Of a DNA stretch of 64,000 nucleotides, positions 55,199-62,464 are shown piece by piece. The notes beneath the pieces were generated by a model. It had not been told where the DNA came from. It made no database searches and saw nothing but the letters and a program-made list of their open reading frames with translations. The stretch is from an uncultured Gemmatimonadales bacterium (GTDB taxonomy: Bacteria; Gemmatimonadota; Gemmatimonadetes; Gemmatimonadales; GWC2-71-9). The stretch is from contig CAWCMH010000001.1 of NCBI GenBank assembly GCA_963796635.1, positions 1,045,769 to 1,109,768 of the forward strand. The letters are read 5' to 3'. The translations under genes and the position numbers were made by a program. Position 1 is the first letter of the stretch; every line of letters begins with the position of its first letter.

Positions 55199-56360
55199 CG
55201 CGCTGCTCCGCATCGAGCGAGACGGTAAAGCGGTCGTGCCGTCCGCCGAACCGGTCAATGTGGAGATGGAGTCCGGTACTGAGTCGGTCGAGCAGTCCGG
55301 CGCGAATCGCCGAGCGGATCTGGTCCTGCAGCACCGCATCCTGCGAAAAATCCTTGACGCGAATGCCGCGTGCGCGACACTGCTCCGTGATGAAGTGCAC
55401 CTGCTCGGGCGGCAGGTCACGAGTCCGCAGGTCGAGTGCGCCACCCGGACCATACAAGGCGACATGTTCCGCATGATCGCGACCGGACACGACAATCGCG
55501 GTGCCGAACTGCGCCTCGAACGCCGAATCGACCTGCGCAAACGCCGCGGCAAACTGCGCCACCGTCAAGGTCGCCGTCCGCAGCTGGTCGGGCGTCAACG
55601 TGCTGGCCTTCCCGGAGTAAGCCTTCGGCACCGTCAGCCGCCGGTCACGATAGATCGCGGCGATCGACGCCTCCAGCGCTTCGATACGCGGCTTGACCTG
55701 GGGGTGGTTGCGCAGATCGCTCAGCGCCAGCGTGTTTACACCGCGAGCGAATTCCTGTCCCGCAACATCGCCAAGCCCGAGTTCGAGCAGCGTGCTGCCG
55801 CGTTCGATGTGATCGTAGGCCACCACCAGCAGGCTGTCGAATCGGTCAGCCTGTTCGTCGGTCATCACACCAGAAGCACGATCGGCGCGCCGCAAGGCGA
55901 ACCAGATCGCGCCTCCCGCCGCCGCAAGCAGGACAACCACCAGCACGGTGGCGATGATGGCACCCCACGGCCAGCGCCCGCTGCCATCCCCCCGATCCCG
56001 GTGTCGGCGACGACGTTTCGGACGTGGCGCGGGGGCAGCCGGCACCGGAGCCGGCTCGGGTCGCGCGACACCGCTGCGAAAACAGTATCGATATCCGGGC
56101 GCGATCTCGATGATGGCGTCATCGGGCAGGCGGACCGTTCCCGCGAGCGGCCGCCCGTTGACGGACGCGGGTCCGTTGCCACCCACGATCCACCAGCCGT
56201 CTTCCCGTTCCATCAGCCCCGCGTGATGGGCTGCGACGCCGGGAACGAAGAGTTGAATGGCGCAATCGGCGGCGCTGCCGATCCACAGCGGCGCACCGCC
56301 GTGCAGCGCCAGCGGGGTACCGCGGGTCGGTGGCACGGGCTCGAGCGATGGCGTCGCCAT
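55179..56360 (-). CDS. Module copy A: N-terminal FHA domain, TM, and a periplasmic domain with a possible LAS/M15-peptidase-like motif set
   Basis: ATG at 56360. PLWIGSAADCAIQL..AAHHAGLMEREDGWWIV..VNGRPL (FHA). TM WGAIIATVLVVVLLAAAGGAIWF. The C-terminal IVVSGRDHAEHVALYGPGGALDL..GLHLHIDR weakly resembles SxHxxGxAxD...HxH. Paralog of 61152-62420. Confidence 0.65.
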   Translation of the reverse strand: MATPSLEPVPPTRGTPLALHGGAPLWIGSAADCAIQLFVPGVAAHHAGLMEREDGWWIVGGNGPASVNGRPLAGTVRLPDDAIIEIAPGYRYCFRSGVARPEPAPVPAAPAPRPKRRRRHRDRGDGSGRWPWGAIIATVLVVVLLAAAGGAIWFALRRADRASGVMTDEQADRFDSLLVVAYDHIERGSTLLELGLGDVAGQEFARGVNTLALSDLRNHPQVKPRIEALEASIAAIYRDRRLTVPKAYSGKASTLTPDQLRTATLTVAQFAAAFAQVDSAFEAQFGTAIVVSGRDHAEHVALYGPGGALDLRTRDLPPEQVHFITEQCRARGIRVKDFSQDAVLQDQIRSAIRAGLLDRLSTGLHLHIDRFGGRHDRFTVSLDAEQRATSPET

Positions 56361-56463
56361 CGGAGGATATTAAGCGGCGTGGACCGAAACTGCCGGGTCG
56401 GATTGGCGACAGATTCCCCGGCGGCGTAGGTTTGAGCGCGCCGCCCGACGCAGGGAGCAGGAG

Positions 56464-57519
56464 TTGACCGACCCAATCCACCGTGACGACGTCCCTCCCA
56501 CGCTCATCCAGACCAGCCCGGTCGTCGCAGCGTCCAGCGGTCGCCGGGCGGTGATCGGCGGCGGCCTGGTCGTCGTAGCCGCGTTGCTGCTGGCGTTGGT
56601 GCCGGCTGACAACAAGGCGCCGATCGGCGCAGTCGCGGTGCCGGTGCATCAGGCCGTCGCGCAGGGGCCCGACACATCGTCGACACCGGTCGTGCCCCCG
56701 CCGCTCGCGGCGCCCGCGGCCGCCGTGGCGCCACCACCGCCGCCCCCGGCTCCGCCGGTGAATCAGGCACCGCCGGCGAAGGCGGCCCAGGCTCGTGCGA
56801 TCATTCTTGCCGACGTGTCTCCGGCGCACGCCCGATTCACGATCGACAACCGCCCATTCCGCACCGGTCGCGTTGCAGTGATTCCGGGCCGGCACGTGCT
56901 GGCGGCGTCGGCTCCCGGGTTTGTCACCCAGAGCGACACGCTGCGAATCAGTGCCGGCGACACCCTGCGATGGAAGCCGCAGCTCGCCCGGGAAATCGCC
57001 GCCGCGCCGCCGACGGAGCGCACGCCCCCGCCTGCGGTTACGCCGCCGGCGCGATCCCCGGCCCGGACCGAGTCCGATTGTCAGTCCAGCGTCGACCGGA
57101 GTGACTGGGATGTCGCGTTCGCGGCGTGCAGCCGCGCGGCCGCCGCCGGAAGCATCCCGGCCCGCCGCAATCTCGGCGCCCTGTACCAGCACGGGCACGG
57201 CGTTCGCCACAACGACGACTCCGCCGTGGCATGGTACCAGCTCGCCGCGCAGGCGAATGATGCCGAAGCCATGTACGAGCTGGGCGACGCCTACGAACAC
57301 GGGCACGGCGTGAAGAAGGATCCGTCTGCCGCACTCGAGTGGTACGGTCGGGCCGCCAACCGTGGCAGCGCCGCAGCGCAGTACACGCTCGGCCAGGTGT
57401 ACGAGAAAGGACATCTCGGCGTCGCGAAGGATCGTGCGCAGGCGCTGGCGTGGTACCGCAAGGCCGCAGCGCAACACTACAAGGACGCGGACGACCGCGT
57501 GCACGATTTGTCCAAATGA
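56464..57519 (+). CDS. Module copy B, gene 1: TM, periplasmic PEGA and 4 Sel1 repeats (lacks the N-terminal kinase-lobe/zinc-ribbon region of copy A)
   Basis: TTG 56464 after ggagcaggag (start uncertain). TM AVIGGGLVVVAALLLALV. PEGA-like IILADVSPAHARFTIDNRP..GRHVLAASAPGF. Sel1 repeats ARRNLGALYQHGHGV, AMYELGDAYEHGHGVKKD and AQYTLGQVYEKGHLG. Confidence 0.7.
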   Translation: MTDPIHRDDVPPTLIQTSPVVAASSGRRAVIGGGLVVVAALLLALVPADNKAPIGAVAVPVHQAVAQGPDTSSTPVVPPPLAAPAAAVAPPPPPPAPPVNQAPPAKAAQARAIILADVSPAHARFTIDNRPFRTGRVAVIPGRHVLAASAPGFVTQSDTLRISAGDTLRWKPQLAREIAAAPPTERTPPPAVTPPARSPARTESDCQSSVDRSDWDVAFAACSRAAAAGSIPARRNLGALYQHGHGVRHNDDSAVAWYQLAAQANDAEAMYELGDAYEHGHGVKKDPSAALEWYGRAANRGSAAAQYTLGQVYEKGHLGVAKDRAQALAWYRKAAAQHYKDADDRVHDLSK

Positions 57520-58343
57520 GAGCGGAGTCATCCCGTTGGATACCAAGCGGCATCACGGCTGCTGCCACGATCGGCGCCGCCGCGGGTGCCGTCGCGTGGT
57601 TCCTCGCGTCGGGTTGGTCCCAGGTCGTGAGCGGGTACATCCGTCTGGACCAGTTGACGATGATGACGCTCGGCGCGGTGGCAGGGGCGACGGCACTCGG
57701 CGGCGAGGCGTTACGCCGTCGAGAACCGATCGGGACGGCGCTGATCGCCGGGCTGATCGCCGGCGGCGTCCCGGCGCTCATCGTGGCGAGCGTCTTCGCG
57801 TCGTTCTCGGCGCTCGGCGGCACGGGTTTCCTGGTGCAGCGGGTGGTCGGATGGTGCTGCGTCGTCACGGCGACGGCGGTGGCGCTCGCGGCCGCCCGGC
57901 CGATGGCAATTCGGTCGCACCTCTCGGAAACTGCCGGCGTCGCCGCCCTGGGTGGGGCGATGTGCGGCCTCATCGTGCTGCTTCCCGGCGCCGTCGAGTT
58001 CTGGCTCGCGATCGCATTCACGGCCGCTGGTGCGACCATCGGGATTGCCGTCTGCGGTCCGGCACTGTGGCGTGCCGTGGCGATCGTCGAGCACGCGCCT
58101 CCGCGCAACAGCATCCCGCGACTGCTCGCATTGCGCGAGTGGTCGCTTGCTCCAGGCGACGTGGTCGCGCTGAGCACGGCACAGCTCAGCTGCGCAAACG
58201 GGCGGGTTGCCCTGTACCCGCCTGCCGGCGGCGCGACCGTCAACGGCATCCTGAAGACGGGCGGGATCTACCTGCGCACGTCGTCGCTCATCGCCGTGGG
58301 CGGTCAACGATACCTGGTGCAGTTGCGAATGGAGCAGACGTGA
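57516..58343 (+). CDS. Module copy B, gene 2: polytopic Gly/Ala-rich membrane protein with an FHA-like C-terminal domain
   Basis: ATG 57516 (ATGA overlap). About 6-7 hydrophobic helices, then ..LREWSLAPGDVVALSTAQLSCANGRVALYPPAGGATVNGILKTGGIYLRTSSLIAVGGQRYLVQLRM. Confidence 0.55.
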   Translation: MRAESSRWIPSGITAAATIGAAAGAVAWFLASGWSQVVSGYIRLDQLTMMTLGAVAGATALGGEALRRREPIGTALIAGLIAGGVPALIVASVFASFSALGGTGFLVQRVVGWCCVVTATAVALAAARPMAIRSHLSETAGVAALGGAMCGLIVLLPGAVEFWLAIAFTAAGATIGIAVCGPALWRAVAIVEHAPPRNSIPRLLALREWSLAPGDVVALSTAQLSCANGRVALYPPAGGATVNGILKTGGIYLRTSSLIAVGGQRYLVQLRMEQT

Positions 58344-59671
58344 TGCGGCCGGTGGTGCTCGGGCTCGCCGTGGCTGGCGCGGCCATCATCGCACCGGCTT
58401 CGCGACGACCGGTGCCGGTACGACTGGTGCGCTGTGCGCCGCACCGCGACGTACCATGTCTGCAAGCGGCCGTCGAGTTGAGTCCGGCGGATCGCGTGCG
58501 ATTGGCGATTGCCGACCCCGCTGCCGAGCAGGGACAGTGGACCGGTACGCTCGGGTCGACGCGGTTGATCGGACCGACGGTACGTCCCGTGTCTGGCGCA
58601 GCGTCGGACGCGCGCATCCTTCTCGTGATCGATCGATCGCCACAACTCAGCGGCGCGGGTATCGCATTCACCCGGATCGCCCTCAAGGCGTTCGTGCAAT
58701 CCCTTGATACCGCGGCGACGAGGTTCGTGCTGGCCGCCGTCGACAGCGCCGGCGGCGCCGACGGCGTGACGACCGGTGCGCTGATGTCTGCGCGGCAAAC
58801 GCTGGCGGCGCTGGACACCCTGTCCGAGCCGGACACCCGCACGCGAGGGGACCTGCTGGCGGCGTTGCGCGCGGTCGCGTCGCGTACGCAAGAGCTTGAC
58901 GCCGCGCCCGGCGCGGCGCCGGCCGTGGCCGTGATCATCACCGCGGGCATCCCACCCGCAAGCAAGCCGGCGCCGCCCAGGCCGCGGCATGGGCGACACA
59001 CGGTGCCGTCGCCCGCTCCGGTCACGATGAACCAGGACTCAGCGGCGGCGGCCGCGGTGGCAGCGTTATCGGCCGCGAGGTCGCGCGTCTGGGTCATCCA
59101 ACTCGATACTGCCGCCGCCATTCCCGAGCTGCCAGCGGCGTCCGGCCAAGTCGTCGTGCGCCGAATCCCGCTGGACCCGAATGTGCTGGCACACGCCCTC
59201 GCCCGCGTGCGGCGCGAATTGATCGCTCGCCGGGTGCTGGTGTTCGGTGTGCCGGCCGAAAACGTTTCGGCGCTCGCTCGGGGGGTGTTGGCGGGCGTCG
59301 CCGTTCACGCCGATTCTGCTTTGTCGCCGCTCCGCATCTCGCTGATGTGGCGCCCGCCGGTCTTCGCGCTGCCGGCGTACCAGGGTGTGGCAGACACGGC
59401 AATGCTGTCGTCCGAGATGCGCGAGGCCTTGCTGCCCGGCGACGCCGGAGAAGGGAACACCACCTTGATCGCCCTGTTCCTGGCCGTCGCGCTATCGGCC
59501 GCATGGTTGCTCGTCCCGCGAGTCGCCTGGGCGCGACCGCTGGTGGCACCGGTGGTCGCCGCTCGCAACGTGTCGACGACACGGCTGGCGGCGCTGGCCC
59601 GGGAGGCGGAACCGCGCAGTCCCGACGACATCACGCACCAGACCGCGCGACGCACCGCGCTGCAACGATGA
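58343..59671 (+). CDS. Module copy B, gene 3: secreted vWA-like protein with a degenerate MIDAS, a C-terminal TM and a conserved tail
   Basis: ATG 58343 (TGATG overlap). SP VLGLAVAGAAIIAPA. VPVRLVRCAPHRDVPCLQAAV aligns with copy A. ILLVIDRSPQLSGAG replaces DxSxS and VIITAGIPP replaces TDG. TM LIALFLAVALSAAWLLV. The tail ends ..DDITHQTARRTALQR. Confidence 0.7.
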   Translation: MRPVVLGLAVAGAAIIAPASRRPVPVRLVRCAPHRDVPCLQAAVELSPADRVRLAIADPAAEQGQWTGTLGSTRLIGPTVRPVSGAASDARILLVIDRSPQLSGAGIAFTRIALKAFVQSLDTAATRFVLAAVDSAGGADGVTTGALMSARQTLAALDTLSEPDTRTRGDLLAALRAVASRTQELDAAPGAAPAVAVIITAGIPPASKPAPPRPRHGRHTVPSPAPVTMNQDSAAAAAVAALSAARSRVWVIQLDTAAAIPELPAASGQVVVRRIPLDPNVLAHALARVRRELIARRVLVFGVPAENVSALARGVLAGVAVHADSALSPLRISLMWRPPVFALPAYQGVADTAMLSSEMREALLPGDAGEGNTTLIALFLAVALSAAWLLVPRVAWARPLVAPVVAARNVSTTRLAALAREAEPRSPDDITHQTARRTALQR

Positions 59672-60621
59672 GCCAGGCGATGGGGACGTGGCGTGCCGCC
59701 GCGGTGCTGGTCGGGACGATCGCCGCGTTGCGATCCACGCCGTTGGTGGCGCAAACCCCGGCGGGTCAGGGAACCCAGGCCGTGCACGAACAGGAAACGG
59801 CGACGCTGCTGCACTTCTGCGAACAACTCGATCAAACCTCCGAGCACACGGTGCAGGGCGTCCGCGACCGCACGGATTGCTGGAAGCGGATGCAACTCGA
59901 AGGGATGGACGATTCGACCGTCGATGCCCGGTACCGCGCGGCGGTGGCCGACTATGACGCGGCGGTCCGCTCGGACTCGGCGCGCCAGGCCGGCGATTCC
60001 GCGTCTGCCAGCATCGACACCCGACTCGCGGCGGCGCAGCGCGATGTGACGGCGCACCAGTATGCCGACGCCGCGCGCATCGTCGCGAGCGTGCTGGCGG
60101 CAGACCCCGCCAATCAGCGGGCGCTGGCGGCGCGGGATCGCATCGCTGCGCTCGCGCGCGCGCAGCGCTATCGGCGGACGCTGCTCGCGCTGGGGGCCGC
60201 GGTCCTGGTGCTGGCGCTGGTGTTTGGCGCGCTGGCCCCGTGGCTGGCGCGGCGCCACGGCCGCGAGCTGCAGCGGCGCACGGCCGACGCCTCGAAACAG
60301 CAGGCCGTCGTCGAGATCGTCGACGGCGTGGGCCGCGGCAAGCTCTACACCATCGACGGACCGATTTTCCGGATCGGATCGGCCGAATCCGACAAGCCGG
60401 AGGAGAAGAATCATCTCGTGCTCAGCGACGGTGACGCGTTCATCTCCCGCTATCACTGCGCCATTGTCCGCAAGGAAGGCAAGTTCTTCCTGATCGATTC
60501 CTCGCTCAACGGCACCTACGTCGACGACGAACTGCTCGAGCGCGGGGAACATCGGTTGCTGGACGACGGCTCCGAGTTTTCGCTCGCCGGAATGGCCCGC
60601 CTGAAATTCCTGATGATGTGA
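59668..60621 (+). CDS. Module copy B: signal peptide, periplasmic domain, TM and cytoplasmic FHA domain
   Basis: ATG 59668 (ATGA overlap). [85 protein letters not shown]. Confidence 0.75.
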   Translation: MSQAMGTWRAAAVLVGTIAALRSTPLVAQTPAGQGTQAVHEQETATLLHFCEQLDQTSEHTVQGVRDRTDCWKRMQLEGMDDSTVDARYRAAVADYDAAVRSDSARQAGDSASASIDTRLAAAQRDVTAHQYADAARIVASVLAADPANQRALAARDRIAALARAQRYRRTLLALGAAVLVLALVFGALAPWLARRHGRELQRRTADASKQQAVVEIVDGVGRGKLYTIDGPIFRIGSAESDKPEEKNHLVLSDGDAFISRYHCAIVRKEGKFFLIDSSLNGTYVDDELLERGEHRLLDDGSEFSLAGMARLKFLMM

Positions 60622-61280
60622 TCGACGAGCCGTCGTCGCTGATCGTGTTCGGGCTCGACCGGGATGGGCGTCCGTGCGTCTTCAAGCAGCTGCGCCCGGA
60701 ACTCGCCGCGCGCGAGGACCTGGCGCTGCGCCTCGCCAATGAACGCGATGTGCTCACGCGGCTTCGCGGCGTCGGCGGCGTGATCGCGTTGCGTGAAGTG
60801 CGCGAGTCACCGCTGGTGCTGGTGCTGGAGCGCGCCGATACGTCGCTCGACGCGTGGCTCGTCAAGCATCCCGACGCCGTGCGGGAGCGACGGAAGATCG
60901 CGTACGATCTGTTGCGCGCCGTGGCAAACATCCATGCGCGCGGCGTGATTCATCGCGACATCAAGCCGTCGAACATCCTGCTCGTGGACGGTGACGTGCG
61001 TCTGGCGGACTTCGGTGTGGCGGCGCAGGGTGAGCCGCCGCGCGCCGTGCCACCGGGATGGGAAGAGGATTCCGTGGGGACGCCGCCGTGGGCGGCACCG
61101 GAGCTGCACCATCGGGCCGATCTGCACACTTCGCCCGCCGCGGACGTCTATTCAGCCGCGCTCGTCGTCGGCGAACTCGTTGGCCCCGACCAGCTGCCGG
61201 CGGAATTCGCGCGAGCCCGAGCGCGCGACCCGGAGCAACGACCGGCGATCGAGAGACTTCTCGCCACGTTGCCGCGGTAG
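60618..61280 (+). CDS. Compact soluble Hanks-type Ser/Thr kinase (220 aa) without a canonical Gly-rich loop
   Basis: GTG 60618 (GTGA overlap). VFKQL (beta3 Lys), ERDVLTRL (alphaC Glu), HRDIKPSNILL, LADFGVA, GTPPWAAPE. FGLDRDGRP stands in place of GxGxxG. Confidence 0.75.
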   Translation: MIDEPSSLIVFGLDRDGRPCVFKQLRPELAAREDLALRLANERDVLTRLRGVGGVIALREVRESPLVLVLERADTSLDAWLVKHPDAVRERRKIAYDLLRAVANIHARGVIHRDIKPSNILLVDGDVRLADFGVAAQGEPPRAVPPGWEEDSVGTPPWAAPELHHRADLHTSPAADVYSAALVVGELVGPDQLPAEFARARARDPEQRPAIERLLATLPR

Positions 61281-62420
61281 CGCGACGGTGGTCCAGCGAT
61301 CGCGTCGATTCGCAAAGCGATCGATGTGCAGGTGTAACCCCGTGCCCGCCTCGAACAGCAGGCCGGCGTGGACGGCGGCATTGATTTCCCGCCGCAGCAC
61401 CGTGTCCTGCGAAAAGTCCTTGATGCGGATGTGCCGGGCGTGACACTGGTTGATCACGAACGCGATTTCGGTCGGATTCATTGCCTTGGCCGAGAGGTCC
61501 ATCGCGCCGCCCTTGCCGTACAAGGCCACATGTTCGGCGTGGTCGCGGCCGGTCACGATGATGTCGTGCCCGAACCTGTCGCGGAATGTCGCGGCCATGA
61601 TCGCGAACTGCGCCGCGAACTGCTGCACCGTCAGTGACGCGGTCTTGAGTTGTTCCGGCGTCAGTGGTGACGTGGCGTTGGCATAATTCCCGGGGACCGC
61701 GAGGCTCCGCTCCCGATAGATCGCCGCGACCGACGCCTGCAACGCGACGATCCGAGGTTTCACTTGAGGGTGATTGCGCAAGTCGCTCAGCGCCAGCGTG
61801 TTGACGGCCTTGGCGAATTCGTCGGCGGCGCCGTCGCCGAGGCCGAGTTCGAGCAGCGTCCCGCCGCGCTCGACGTGGTCATCCGCCACGATCAGGAGCG
61901 AGTCCAGCTCGGCCGCCTGTCGATCCGTGAGCACGCCGGGACCGGGACCGGTGCGGAACAGCGCATACCAGGTCACGTATCCGGCACCGCCCAGCAACCC
62001 GATCGCGACCAGGATGGTCCCGAGGGCGCTCCACGAGAACCGGCGTGGCGGTTTGGGGAGCTGGCGATAGCGGCGCTTGCGGGGGCGCGCGAGCATCGAC
62101 GCCGCGGATTCCATCCGTCGCGTGCGGCGTTCGCCGGTGACGAATTCGTATTCATGGCCCGGGGCGATGGCGAGCACGTCGCGGTCGCGCAGGCGCCGAG
62201 GCTCGATCACCGCCTCGCCGTTGAGACGGATCCAGGCATGGCCCGGGAGGATCCACCAGTCGGCTTCGCGGCGCTGGAGCACGGCATGCCGCGCGCCGAC
62301 GCCGGGAATGTCCACGCGCATGTCGCTTCCGGGCTCGGCGCCGATCACGGTCTCGGAGCCGATCAAGGCAACCGGCTCGCCCGGTTCCGGCCGGATCGGA
62401 ATCAGCGAGGGCGTCGGCAC
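61152..62420 (-). CDS. Module copy B: N-terminal FHA domain, TM, and a periplasmic domain with a possible LAS/M15-like motif set
   Basis: ATG at 62420. ETVIGAEPGSDMRV..GARHAVLQRREADWWIL..LNGEAV (FHA). TM ALGTILVAIGLLGGAGYVTWYAL. ..IIVTGRDHAEHVALYGKGGAMDL..GLHLHIDR. The 3' 129 nt overlap the convergent kinase gene. Confidence 0.65.
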   Translation of the reverse strand: MPTPSLIPIRPEPGEPVALIGSETVIGAEPGSDMRVDIPGVGARHAVLQRREADWWILPGHAWIRLNGEAVIEPRRLRDRDVLAIAPGHEYEFVTGERRTRRMESAASMLARPRKRRYRQLPKPPRRFSWSALGTILVAIGLLGGAGYVTWYALFRTGPGPGVLTDRQAAELDSLLIVADDHVERGGTLLELGLGDGAADEFAKAVNTLALSDLRNHPQVKPRIVALQASVAAIYRERSLAVPGNYANATSPLTPEQLKTASLTVQQFAAQFAIMAATFRDRFGHDIIVTGRDHAEHVALYGKGGAMDLSAKAMNPTEIAFVINQCHARHIRIKDFSQDTVLRREINAAVHAGLLFEAGTGLHLHIDRFANRRDRWTTVALPRQRGEKSLDRRSLLRVARSGSREFRRQLVGANEFADDERG

Positions 62421-62464
62421 AGCGATCCCTGATGGAGAAGCGGCGGCGGTGCGGCTAGATTTTC

